The position numbers and the translations under genes were made by a program. Of a DNA stretch of 64,000 nucleotides, positions 10,771 through 23,000 are shown one piece after another. The notes beneath the pieces were generated by a model, which saw only the letters and a program-made list of their open reading frames with translations, was not told the origin of the DNA and ran no database searches. Position 1 is the first letter of the stretch, and every line of letters starts with the position of its first letter. The stretch comes from Protoeuglena noctilucae (taxonomy: Eukaryota), in contig OY253673.1 in the NCBI GenBank assembly GCA_958009085.1, positions 496,001 through 560,000 of the forward strand, in the 5' to 3' direction.

Positions 10771-12402
10771 CTTTGTGAAGTTCGGGGTCGTGTTGGGGGA
10801 ACAGATGAGCCTTGGCCATGGCTCCCACGGAAGCCAGGGAGAGAAGGGTGAAAGGAAGAGACGCGAGAGACAGGATAGCCTGAGACGTGCTGCCCAGGTC
10901 TGCGGAGGGGACGTAGAAAGGGTGATGTGAAGAGATGCCTGGCAGGGTGGTGCAGGGGAAAACGCTCACACAACGCGTCGTGCCTCACCCTTGCGGATAA
11001 ACAAGAGGCCGGCGTAGGTCGCTAGAAGGCGCACGGCTTCCCCGCCTAGTATGTGTGGCGCGCGGGTCCCCGCGGTGCCAGAGGGCAGGTCCAGGATGCG
11101 GGTCGCGCTTGCGACGGCCCACACGGACATCCCGACGCCGACGAGCACGGACAGGAGAGGCATGCCGCCCGAGCGCACGGCGGGCATGAAGCCGAAGAAG
11201 AACCCGACGGTCGCCGTGAACTGCAATACCGAGTGCACGTCCGCCCAGGACAGCCCAGGGAGCTCCCGAGATTCGCCCCGGCTCGAGGCCACGGCACCCG
11301 CGGCGGCCATGCGGACCATCAGGGCCCTGGCGCCCTTGCGACGCCAGAGGACGGCGATGGCGACGTACTGGTGAATCTGGTGCCACAGGGCGTTCCACGA
11401 CCCCACAGGCACTTTGCGGGCGTCCAAGCCGTACACGGGGGTGCGGTCCTCGCGCTGTTCGGGCACGTACGTCCCGAACAGTCGGTCCCAAACGATGAAC
11501 ATGCCTGAGAAGTTCGCCTTGGGGTAGTTGCGCGCGTGGTGCACCCTGCACCGAGCGGCGGGAGCTGGGCTTGTGCGAGACGCGGTGGGCAGCACCAGGC
11601 AGCTTGGGAAGGGCATCCGACGAGAGCCCTCGCCTGTGGTTGCTGGGAGTCGAAAGGACCCAGTCAAGGGGACCGAGGGAGCCGACGAGCTCCGTGTGGG
11701 TGAGGAACTGGTACGCGGTGTTGATGCCGCTCATGAGAAAGGCGTCTCGAGGTGGGATGAGGAGGGCGAGGGGGAGGCTGAACAGGAAGCCGGTCGCCGT
11801 CTCACCCACGCCCTGCCGAAGGGCCGTGGACAGATTGTAGTCAGGACTGGAATGGTGGACGATGTGACCGGCCCACAGGATGTTCACCTCGTGGCATGTC
11901 CGGTGGAACTGAGGGAGGGAGGGAGGGAGGGGGAAGGATGACGATGGGGAAGGAAACAGCAGTCCACGCGGCCCTCTGTCCTCCTCTCACCACGTAGTAC
12001 ACCAGGTCGACGAGCACCAGCGCCAGGGTGCAGCTGTGCCACGACCCCGGGCGCAACCAGCGCACGCCGAAGTGGTCGTAGACAAAGACATACGGAAACA
12101 CGGACAGCGCCTTCAGAACGATGCCGGCGAGCTGCTGGAGGACCCCCGCGGCTAGATTGGACTCTGCGGAAAGCACCAAGTCGCATGGATTGCTATGGCC
12201 GCGGTCCAACTCCGGCAACTGCGTCCCCGAGCGCACCTGTGTGACGAAGGGTGTAGTGGTGTCGCCGCAGGGCGACGCAGACGGCAATCTCGATGGCCAC
12301 GAACACCACGAAGACGCCACGCAGTGACCCGATGACGTCCAGCGCCCTGTGCTCGGCGCCAGGGTCGGCAGCGAGCCAGCGCCTCAGCACCTCCTCCGCC
12401 AT
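10763..12402 (-). CDS. AGMO: Alkylglycerol monooxygenase-like fatty acid hydroxylase/sterol desaturase family membrane protein
   Basis: His boxes HRTCHEVNILWAGHIVHHSSPDYNLSTALRQ and THTELVGSLGPLDWVLSTPSNHRVHHARN...FIVWDRLFGTY, plus several TM segments. Confidence 0.85.
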
Positions 12403-12636
12403 CCTCACATGCTGCAGTCGCGCTCAGAGCGATGTCGTATCCGCGCTGAAGGAAGCGCGATGAGTGCAATGCGATACCTCCTGCGCGCGTGCGGCCAGTT
12501 CTCCGGACACGCCGGTCACTGACGGACGTGTTGGCGTGTCTGGCAGGGCTTTCAGGCCCTCAAAGACCGTGCGACGACCGTCAGTGCCTCTCTGTTGATC
12601 CCACGCTGCACCCGCGCCTGGCGACGCCTCGTCAGG

Positions 12637-13474
12637 ATGTCGAATGGGCCGCTGATTGTACGACGGGGTCTGAAGCACCGGTGGGCCCGCGCCAGCCACT
12701 GTGGGGGGCGCATTGCCTAGGCCTTCGCACCCGAGACCACTCGTACTTATAACGTTACGCGCAGAGATCCGCTGTCGGGCGCGAGCGACCTGCTGCAAGC
12801 ACACCGGGTAGAGCGGCTCTTTGAGGTTGTCCTTAAGCAGAATCCTGACCCACGATTGGGATTCAGCGAGGTCCCTGAACTTACTGGCGTTCGAGGCTCC
12901 TGCAACATATACCGGGGTACCGTCGACCTCGCTCCGCTCGCCGGGAGGGCCCCCCGAGCCGCACTCACGGCCATTCCGCCCGAGCTCTTCGCGTCGCTTG
13001 GGTCTCTTCCCGCGGGCGAGGTGAGCATGGCGTCCGCAAAAGCCACGGCTTCGACACGGGTCGGCAGCTCATCCGCAGAGTCACAGCTTTGCGCTCACTC
13101 TGCTCTCGTCTGCCCGATTGGCCGCAGCACAAACTGCCGGCCGAGGAGCGCGGGGATCTGGTTTTGCGGCTCGAAGGCAAAGAAGTGAAGCGTGTGCGTG
13201 GCAAGGGCGCGGCTGGGAAGGGCGACAAGAAGCGGAAGCGCGAGGGGAAAGACACGCCAGGTGAGGCACGGCACGCACTGTGCGAGGATGCTCAGACCTT
13301 TTAATGCTATGTTTGCATGGTTGTCGATTGACATGGACCTTGCCGTGTCCGTCCGTCGCAGAGGGCTCCCAGGGCCCCTCGGCTTCCGCTGCCCCATCGG
13401 CGTCCGGGAGGCCGACGCACTCCGTGGCTCCCAGCCAAGCGCACCCGGAGGCGTCCGCGTGGCGACGTCCATAG
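12637..13474 (+). CDS. MED19: Mediator subunit 19 (plant-type), 4 exons
   Basis: DPLSGASDLLQAH...LTGVRGSCNIYRGTVDL...KLPAEERG and a Lys-rich tail (KGDKKRKREGK) resemble plant MED19 (ELxGAxDL...VVGDTEIRKG...ELPxAEKG). Confidence 0.65.
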
Positions 13475-13516
13475 CCTCCGGTCCATCACAACGCGGCCGG
13501 TCCTTGAGGAGAGGCG

Positions 13517-16500
13517 ATGGGGAGAGAGAAGAGACCCGGCGCTCCGGCGCAGGGTGGAGTGACGAGACCGACGCCGGGTGGCTTTGGGGAGGGTGCCGCT
13601 CGCGCCGGGCATCGAGCCGATGCGGGCGCAGGTCCCAGCGAGACCACCAACGCGGGTCTGGCGGGCCTGAGCCGCACGAGCGTCCAGGTGGCGCTGGACC
13701 GCCAGAAACGTCGGGCGCAGTTCCGTCAGGTGCAGGCCGGTGCGGGAGCGGAGGACGGCCGCGGCAAGCGAACCCGTCGCGGGGCGCTCGCCGGGCCGGG
13801 CGCCGACGCCGTGCTGGTGGCGGGTGCACATGACACTGGTGCAGCCGGAGGGCCAGGGGCTGGGTGGCTGGAGCGTGGTGGGGAGCCCACTGCTCGCGAC
13901 CGGGTGCTCCGTGCCTTGGAGCGACGCACCGAGGCCGATGACGACATGGCGGCCTTAACGGCAGAAGTGCTTGCAGGTGTGCACCTGTTCCGGGGCCCTT
14001 CGGTGCTGCTGCTGCAACGTTGCAATGACCGCAGAGTGGCATGGCAGGGGGCCCTGCGCGACACCAGCCGATGCGCTGGAATGACGTGCAATGAATGAAT
14101 GACCTCCTTGGTTCCATAGGCTTTGACGACTCTGAGAGCTCTTTCCTTGCAGGTCAGGATGAGTTAGGTCACGTGAGTGCGCCAGAAGAGATGGAATGGG
14201 AGGAGGCCGGCGAGGGGGAGGCGGGGCAGGCGGCGAGTCCTGGGAAGGCCATTGGGGGCCAGGGTGTGATTGAGGTTAGCAGTGGGTCGGAGGCCGGAGG
14301 CCGAGAGTCGCCCCGGGAGGCAGGCACCGCTTCCGAGGGGCCAGCTCGCAAGCGCGCGAGTCGCGCGACGGCCCGGGAGGAGGCCGCCGCGCTCGCGCTG
14401 CACCGCGCGCACATGCTGACGTGGCTGGCCAGCGGCACGTATGCCGACGCCGGCGCGTCTGACCTAGCCGTGCAAGCCCTCGCGGTGTCCTTGCTGCCGG
14501 AGTTCGCCCTTCGGGACTTGAGCGGTCACCTGCAACCGGCGAAAGCACAGACGTCGGGTGCCGTGGCGCCGCTCAAGGCCCTCCGCACCCTCGTGCTTTG
14601 GTACCGAAACACGTTTGTGAGGCAGGTCATGGCGGAGGACGACCTGCGCCACCGCCGCCTCTGTGCCGTCGCACGCTGGGCTGTGGACTCGCCGCGCGCG
14701 CTCCGGGGCTGCCGTGGCCAGGCGTGGATGGAGGCGCTGCAAGCGGGGCACGCGGCAGCCACCCCGCCAGCTCGCCTGACACAGCCGCGCCACGGTGCCA
14801 GGAGCGCCGAGAGGGTCGCGCGCGATACCCCTGCGGGTGGCTTCCCGCGCCTGCGTCGCCTCCCGGCAGCGGCGGCGGTGGCCAATCGTCTGGCGGCGTG
14901 TGCCCTCACGCGGCGGGGCTCTGAGCGGGAGCTGGTGGCGGTGTTTCTGGCGATGCTGCGGGGACTGGGGATGTCGGCGCGACTGGTGGCCGCGCCCCGC
15001 GTCCTGCCGCGTGGGGCCAGGCGGCAGGGAGAGTGGCTCAGGGGTGGGAGTGTGCGGAGCGACAAGGGCGGGGCAGCCGCTGGCCGGGGCAGGACGGGCG
15101 GTGGCCGGACGGGCGCTGGTCGGGGCCGGTCGGCCTTTCAGCCGCTGAAGGGAGCCGGCAGGGGCCGGTTGGGCCGGGGCGGCAAGCGGGGGGCGATTGC
15201 AGCCGCGCCTCCTCCGCACGCCTGCGACGGCGCAAGGGTACCGGTGTACTGGGTCGAAGTGCTGGTCAGCGATTCAAAGGGCGGAGAGCCCGCGGGCGCG
15301 GAGGGGTCCAGGGCGGGCGGCGCGGTGCGGTGGGCGCCCGTTTACCCACTCCAGGGCGCGTTGGGCGAGGAGGGGCTTTTGGAGCAAGAGGCAGGGGCAC
15401 CTCCCGGGCTGGTGCTGGGATTCGAGGGGAGCGCCCGGGACCTCACGCCGCGGTACTCGTCGGACATTCTGTGCACGCGGCGGGAGTGCGACCGGGAGTG
15501 GGTGGCGGCAGTGGCGGAAGCGATGGGCGGGGCGGGGCGGGAGGCGGGAGGGCGGTCGCTGGGGCCGCCGTCGCGGGTCGGTGTTTCTTCGGATGGGCGT
15601 GGGGACAAGGCGGCAGGGACGGGCTTCGAGGCTGAGGTCCCTAGTCGCACATCGGCGGGCGATGGGGCGTCGCAGACGCAGCACAGCAGCGTGGATCGCA
15701 CGGCAGCCCAAGCGCCTGCAGCAGGGTCCGACGCCCCCGGGCCCGGCTCGGGGGCAGCGTCGAGGCCTGGCGTGGACCGTGAAGCGGATGACTTGCGCCA
15801 GCGGGAGCGGTGGCAGCTGGCTCAGGTTCCCAAAACGATCGACGCGTTCAAGGACCACCCCACGTACGCGCTCAAGGTGAGGGAATGCATAGGGGAAAGC
15901 CAGAACAGGCATTGTCACTGCTGCATTTGCCAGCATTTCCACTTTTGACTACCTTGTCCCACTTCTTGACTACCTTGTCACAAGCAAAGCATGCTTCATC
16001 ACCTGCCACCCCCGCAGCGCCACCTCGGTCAGCGTCAGGTGCTGCGACCCGGCACGCGCATGCTGGGCCTCATCAAGGGGGAGCCGTACTACCCCCGCGA
16101 GGCGGTGGCAGACGTCATGGCGCCCCAGGCGTGGGTGCGCAAAGGGCGACAGGTCAAGGAAGAGGAGTTGGACAAGCCCGTCAAGGCGAGTGGGTCGTCG
16201 TGGTGACATGGGCAGGGGCGGCCACGCCCATACTGGACGCGTGTTATGGTGTTCTGCAATCGTTTCCTGACTCAGGTGCTGAAACCCAAGGCCAAGGGTC
16301 CCGCGCGGCGGGGCGGCGATACGGACGATGCCGACGATGGCGCGGACGGGGTGGAGGACGAGATGTGGGGTGGCACGAACCTGTACGCGGAGTGGTGAGT
16401 GGCGCCGGGGTTAGTGATGCTTTTGCAGGCATGGCTTAGGTCCATGCTTCGATGAAACAGAGCCGCGGGGGCATGTCAAATGGTGGCGTGTCATGTGATG

Positions 16501-17356
16501 GTGAGCAGACACGAGCCACCCCAATTCTTGTCTGCCCGTTCACCTCGCAGGCAGACGGAGCCCTGGCAGGCACCGGTGGCAGAGGGCGGCAGGGTCCCAC
16601 GGAACGCCCATGGCAACGTCGAGTGCCCTCCCCTGGCGCCCTCCCTGCCCATCGGCACCGTGCATTTGGACCTGCGCGGCGCCGGGCAGTGCTGCCGCCA
16701 GCTGGGTGTCGACCACGCCCCCGCGCTCGTGGGGTTCGAGAGGCGCGGGCGGGGCATGTACCCTGTGTTCAAGGGCATCGTCGTGTGCACCGAGCACGAA
16801 GCGGCGGTGCGGCAGGTGAGCGCTCGATGGGACTTCAGTGTGGAAGTCAATTTTCGAGTAGATGCCATGTCTCTGCACATACAAGCGTCAGCGGCAACGG
16901 CGATGGGACTTTCGTCGCACTGCCGACGATCCACTGCCTCTTCCACAGCCTCCCTGTGTGATTCGCTGTGTGATCAAGGGCTGGCTTGGTCGGACTGACG
17001 CTGCGTTGGCGTGCGTTGGGGTGCAGGCGTGGGAGGTGGCGGAGGCGGTGCGCGTGAAGAAGGAGGAGGAGCGAAGGGAACAGCGCGCGGTGCGGCTGTG
17101 GGAGGAGCTCGTGGGGTCCGCCATCGCGAGGGCTTACGTCCGGGCAGCACAGGGGCTGGACCGCCCGAGGGCTCCGCGTGGGCGCGCGGGCCGGGCTGGG
17201 GAGGACGCGGCTGTCGGTGGTGCGACGAGGGACGAGGAGCGTGGGGCGAGCGCGGGCGGGCGGGGACGGGATGAGGCAGGTGGTCGGGGCGGTGAGCATG
17301 GCGGTGCGCTGGGCGTGGCGGAGCGGTTCACTACAGTGGAGGTCGAGGAGCTCTAG
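13517..17356 (+). CDS. RAD4: DNA damage recognition protein XPC/RAD4
   Basis: Transglutaminase-like region (FLAMLRGLGMSARLV, YWVEV, RDLTPRY) and BHD domains (PKTIDAFKDHPTYALKRHL, LYAEWQTEPW, VPRNAHGNVE, APALVGFE, PVFKGIVVCTEH). Confidence 0.95.
15946..15980. repeat. Short tandem duplication (ttgactaccttgtc x2) in an XPC intron
   Basis: ttttgactaccttgtcccacttcttgactaccttgtcac is visible in the sequence. Confidence 0.7.
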
Positions 17357-17453
17357 TCGGGTGTAGACGGTGCCCATGCATTGCTAGAGTTCAAATCTCT
17401 AACTCAGATATCACCAATCGCGAGACTCTCTGTGTGTCTGGACTATCAAGACA

Positions 17454-18890
17454 TCACTCGCCGGTTGAACGGGCTGCCAGTCTGTAACCTGCCAGGGCTC
17501 GCTCGAGTGCCTGCCTGCTCTGAGTGTAGTGGTACTCGATCTGATCGTCTGAGAAGCGCATGGGGTGGTCAGGCGTCACCGCGTCCCTGCAGAGGAAAGG
17601 GCGGTGGGTGCAGGGCGTTCTGCGTATTCCATGCGCCGATGGAGTGGAGTGGCATTCACTCCATCACTGGGAAAGCATGGAAGGGTCCGATACTGCGCGT
17701 GCTCACCGCAGTGCGACCCAATGCCGCCATGCGTCCCTGCCGGCCGAGGGGTCCGCGCTCGCATCCATAGCACTTTTGAATGCGGCCTCCACGACGGCCC
17801 GACGTTCGGCAGGCACCGGGTCTGGGGACGCAGGCGCAGCAAGGGAGGATATATTAAGGACGGAGCGCGTGCATGCGGCGCGTGGGTGGTTGGGCCGCCT
17901 GGGCATCGGAGGGCGGTGGGCGTCGACTCACCGGGCACGGGGACGGGCGGCGCGGCCGTGAAGGGCACGGCATCAAAGACCAGAGCGGCGCGAAGGGAAA
18001 ACCACGGGCCCGCCTGCGTGGGAATGAACGTGCGCCACTGGTGTGCACAGCTGGTCCGTGACACCGATGCTGGCAACAGGTCTGCTAGGGAGGCGTAGCG
18101 TCAAAGACACCCTACTCACAGCTCACAGCCGCCAGCTCACCAGCCACCAGCCACCAGCTCACAGCTCACAGCCACCTGACATGCCACGGCCACTCACCGA
18201 CGGGTGCAATGCCAGATGCGCCGTCTCGTCGAGATACGCTACGCCCGCCGCGACCGCCATTCGCTGCAGAGGCGTGTAACCCCACCCGCTCTCCACTTGG
18301 TCTGTCTTCTCGGAGGCCGGCAGCACTCGCGGACGAAGGACGTTCAAGCGAGACACGAGACCCTGCACAGTCGGAGGCCAGGAGCACTCATGGTCGAGGG
18401 ACGTTCAAGCGAGACACGAGACACTGCACAGAGGGCGGTGATGCGCATGCATCGTCATCTTCATGACCTGGTGTGCAGCCCGGCAGTCCTGCGTCGCAAA
18501 CGCGCGGACGTCCCTCGCCAGCGAGGACTCGCCAGCAAGGACTCGATCGCCCTGGCCACGTATGTGTCGACCGGGTCATGGAACACAGATGGGTCGTCCG
18601 CCAAGTGGCGCAGCAAGCAATCCCACAGGGCCCGGGTGTTGCCCAGGACCACCACGAGTGCGTCACCCCGGCAGGGGCCAGCTGGCCGCAGGCGGCAGCC
18701 CGTAGTTTCTGGAATCACAGCGTTGCATAGGGCAAGGGAGGTCGCGCCAGACACGTCGAGTCCCCACTGCAGTCACCGGGGAGCTGGGGCGTGGCCTTCA
18801 TGTGCGAAGCAACTGCTCTGTGCGGCTCCATCACCACCCATATTTTACCTGCCCCGCCTCGTGAGCCACAGACGACAGCAGGCTATCCAT
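17454..18890 (-). CDS. MMACHC: MMACHC/CblC-like cobalamin-processing protein
   Basis: LVVVLGNTRALW...DPVDTYVARAI...LQRMAVAAGVAY...LALHP...GPWFSLRAALVFD...WVALR|DAVTPDHPMRFSDDQIEYHY follows the CblC motif order. Confidence 0.8.
17483..17487 (+). promoter_or_regulatory. Candidate TGTAA polyadenylation signal for XPC
   Basis: TGTAA lies 127 nt after the XPC stop. UGUAA is the chlorophyte poly(A) signal. Confidence 0.45.
18116..18176. repeat. Degenerate short-unit repeat (cacagct/ccagcca) in an MMACHC intron
   Basis: cacagctcacagccgccagctcaccagccaccagccaccagctcacagctcacagccacc. Confidence 0.6.
18310..18431. repeat. Diverged 61-bp tandem duplication spanning a splice acceptor
   Basis: Units 18310-18370 and 18371-18431 differ at about 7 positions. 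Confidence 0.85.
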
Positions 18891-19197
18891 CGGAGCCCCC
18901 AGGGCTCGTGTGTCGCAAACGTCGGGCACGTCAATGCGATCCGTTACAAAGCGTCGTTGCGACGATTGGGCGAGGTGCAGTCTTTCACCAGCGTGGGGAA
19001 CGGACTGCCTGGATGTTCAGAAGACTCGGAGCCCAAAAAGCTCCGTTCGTGCGCTGCAAGTGAATGACACAACTGGCAGGAGCGATTCGCAGAGAGCGGT
19101 GCCCCTGGCCTGTCCGTCATTTATTACATCGGATCTCGCACAGGCAGACACTCAAATCCATCTGGCCGCGCTCGTCCCGAGAAAGGCCCAAGCTTCG

Positions 19198-19860
19198 ATG
19201 GCGGCACAGGGAGGCAGCATGGTGGTCGTCACCAGACCACCTTGTTTGCTTCGACGTGCAAGTCTGGGCCCATGTAGACCATGGCGCGGCCTGCTGGGGT
19301 CCCGGCTTCGGCAGAGGGCTGGAGTGGGCCAGAGCGCACGGTCGCGGGGTGTTGCTGCCATGGCCTGGGCATCCGGCACCGGCGACAGCGAGGGGCCGAG
19401 GCCTTCGGCAGGGTCAGGTCATCATCTCGCGCTGTATGTCAAGGATGGGTGCCCTCTGTGCGACAGGATGGCGGAGAAACTTGAGGTGAACAAGGGTGGG
19501 CTGGGCAGCCTCTATAATGGCAGATGGTGGCACGCATACTGTACTCCATCATGACCTGCAGGCGGCCGTGGCCGCCGCGGTGTGGAAGCCGAGCTGCCTG
19601 ACGGGTGCAACGCTCGAGCTCCGGAGGTGCGAGGATGACCCGGCGTGGGGTCGGTGGGAGCTCGAGACGCCCATGCTCGTGAGGATACATGCCAATGGCG
19701 AGGAGGAATCCATCCCGCGGCCTTCGCCAAGGTGCACCGTCGCCCAGGTGTGGCCCAGCTACGCGGATGCTGCTGCAATCCTGTGCCGACGCATCGCCGC
19801 GGGGAGCGCCTCTGGATGCCCCATCCGCAGCTCATCAAGCACTTGGAGAAGCACCTGTGA
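19198..19860 (+). CDS. Glutaredoxin-like (DUF836/thioredoxin-fold) protein, probably plastid-targeted
   Basis: Transit-like N-terminus, then LALYVKDGCPLCDRMAEKL...DDPAW...ETPML...IPRPSPR. Confidence 0.8.
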
Positions 19861-20043
19861 GGTAGCTCGCTGAGGATACTCCACTGTTTTGAGGCCTGCT
19901 TCAGAAATCTGGGTAGGGTTTTCTTGGCACCTCTTCCTGGCTCGAAGCCTCGATGGCCAGGACATAATTTGGATTAAGCACAGTCGGCCCGCCCATTAAA
20001 AGTCGGCCAGCCCATCCCCGAGAGAGTGGAAATGCTTTGAAGA

Positions 20044-23000
20044 ATGCCCCCTTCCCAACCTCCGCAACGGGGGGGTGGGACGAATCCTGACATCAAGCCC
20101 CTGGTTCCTACTGCCGAACTGCTTGCGCTCGCCCGGAAAAGGTGCGCCCGGCTCCTGCAGGTGCGCCTGGGAGCCCCCGGAATCGCATGCGCGACCGACC
20201 GCTGCTCGCCCCGCGCAGTGCCCCGCCCCCGTCCTCCGCAAAGCTCACATCTGTCGACGTGCTGGACCCGGAAGTCGCAAGCTTTTGCGAGCGCGAGCAG
20301 AGCAACCCGCCCCCCACCCACATCGTCGCGCTGACGCTCGGCGGACATGCGGAGCGGCAGCGCGTATCCGGCAACCTCGGCATCGTGCCCGCAGCGCGCA
20401 TCGTCAGGCTGCACAAGTGGGGCAAATCTGGTGAGCGGCGCCCCGGCCTCAGCGCGGCAGTCCTGTGCTATCCTTTGCTCGTCGCTACCGCCCGCTCCTC
20501 AATCCTCTTCCCCCCGCAGCGCCGTGTCGGGCTTCGGACATCCCAAACCTCTATCCCGCGTGGCCGGTGGACATGTCCAACATCTTGGATGCGATGGAAA
20601 GGGTCCAGGATTCGTTTATGTTCAGCAAGCCGGTTGACGCCCGCAAGCTCAACATCCCCGACTACTACGTCGTCATCAGACAGCCGATATGCATCGCGGA
20701 CATCCGCGCGCGCCTCCGCGCCACCGGCACGATGGTGGGCCTCCACGCTCGCAAGGGTCGGTACAAGCACCCAGGCCAATTCGCGGCCGACGTGCGCCTG
20801 ATGCTCAGGAACTGGTGAGCTGCGACTTACGAGGACCTTGAACGGCGCTGGTCCCCGGGCCGCTGCAGACCCAGCACTGCGCGCTGCCCCTGCGCGCCAC
20901 GCCATGCGTCGATGCGCACTTGCGTTCCGTGCCCTGCAGCGAGCTGTACAACGGGGTCGAGTCCGCGATGGTCAAGGAGACGGCGGCGCCGGTGCACATC
21001 CGCTTCATGATGGGCTGGGGGAAGTTCGTCGAGGACCATCAAATCATCGGTGAGACCCGCCATGCTGCCCCGCCACGCTGTGCCTGGCAGGCCCCTTGGC
21101 AGGACGAGCACCTGTCACGGACCGTTTGTCGTGACCCGCAGAGGACTTGTCGTGCTTCCCGCCACCCAAGGAGCAGCTCCTGGGGCGAGAGGCCCTGCTG
21201 AAGTCGACCACAGCGGTGAAGGCCGCATTGCCACCACCCCAGGTCCAGCGGGCGCCGGGCTCCGGGAACGGCACGCCGCGCGAGGTGTCGGCTGCCAGGA
21301 GCGGCAGCGCAGTCGCACCATTCTGCCTGCCATCTGCTCGCCCATCGGTTGCCCTGCCAGCGTCGGCGGGCCCCTCCATGTGCACCCTTCCAGCGCAGCC
21401 CCAGTCGCTGCCGGCGGGACGTGGCGCTCCCGCAGGCCCCTCCACGAGCGTCGCTCCGGGTCCTTCATCGGCAGGAGAGCTTGCCACGTCTCTCCACCCC
21501 ACAAGCCATCAAGTTGCAGGGGGCGCCACGGGGGTCGCCCTGGGGACAACGCGTCCTGCGCAACCGCGAGCTCGAGCTCCACTCGTGCTGCTACCCCCCG
21601 CCCGGCCCCCACCGACTGAGTCGCCCCTGCAGCCACAGTCGGGTGCAGTGCCGCCGGCGTCTGCTCACGGGGTGGCTGTGAAGATGCCATCGGGAAGGCC
21701 GGACGTCGCGCACAATAATGGCAGCGACAGCGCGCGGCCGGGCGAGGGCGCGGAGGCAGTACGGGCCACGGCGGGGTCGTCCCAAGTCGCGGCGCCGACG
21801 GTGGCACCTGGGCCTATAGCGCCGGAGGTTGCGGGGGCACCGGGGGCGCTTGTCCCCGCAGCGCAGGCGCGCGCGGCCCCGGCGGCGCCCGGCGTGCGGC
21901 TCCCCACGCACTGGCCCGACGTCTGCACCCAAATGACGCGCATAGGGGATGGTCCTTGGTACGGGGTCCACGCGATGGGGTCCGGCGGGAGCGTGGCACT
22001 GGAAATCCAGATTCCCAAGTCGTCGACGGCCCGCGGCATCTCCGGCCGCTGGCGGATGGAGGGGTTCCCCACCACGGGGGCAGCCGCCAAGTGCCACGAT
22101 TGGTTGGCGTACATGGCGGCCATCATCAGCGGGGGCTCGCCGGCCGCCCTGGCGCTGTACAACGACGTCCATCCGCAGTGGAAGCTCAACTTTCCCTTGA
22201 GCAGCCAGGAGATGATGTGGTGAGGCGCGGTGGGACGCTGTGGTGGGGCGGGCCATGTCAGCATTGCGTGGCGGGCCCATTGCATCGTGGTAAGCCATCC
22301 ATGGCACGATGCCACATCGCATGGCAGGCCCTTTGCTGCAGCGATGCACGCCACGCCCAGCCCCATGCATCCATCGTCTCTGTGCCCTGCCGTCTATGCA
22401 GGCTGGACGGATTTCACCAGAACTTCGCCGTCCTGGCAACTGCAATCCTCCAGCAGTTCCCCGGCCTCGTTCTGCGCTCGGACGCGAAGATCACCCGCAT
22501 GGGCCGACAAGCGATGCAGGGCCCAGCCGCAGAGCCCTCCCCGAAGCCACGACCGCACGACGGCGGCGCGCCACATCACGGCGCGACCCCCGCGCAGCCG
22601 TCTACGAGGGAGGGCTGGGCCGCCCCGGGCTGCGGTGGCTTGGGGCCGCTGCCGCTCTCTGGCAGCCGGGGGGAGAAGAGAAAGCGAGACGAGCCACGAG
22701 AGAGCGCTGGGAAGCAGTCCGACTGGCAAGGGGCGGGGGCGGTGTCTGGGGGTGCCATGCACGCGGGAGCGCCCATGGTTGCAGTGGCAGCCACGTCTTC
22801 AGGGGGCACGCTGCGCACCGTGCACTTGAATGGCCCCGGCTGGCCCTTCAGGGCGCCTGGCGGGGTCTGTTACAGTGACGGACGCACCAAGGCAGGCGCA
22901 GCGGCCTCAGGTGCGCGGAACGTCGCAGCGGCCCTTCCTGCTTCCCAGCTTGCTGCCGGTACGAGTGCCGCTGCGAGTGCCGGTGCTGGGCTGTGCAGAG

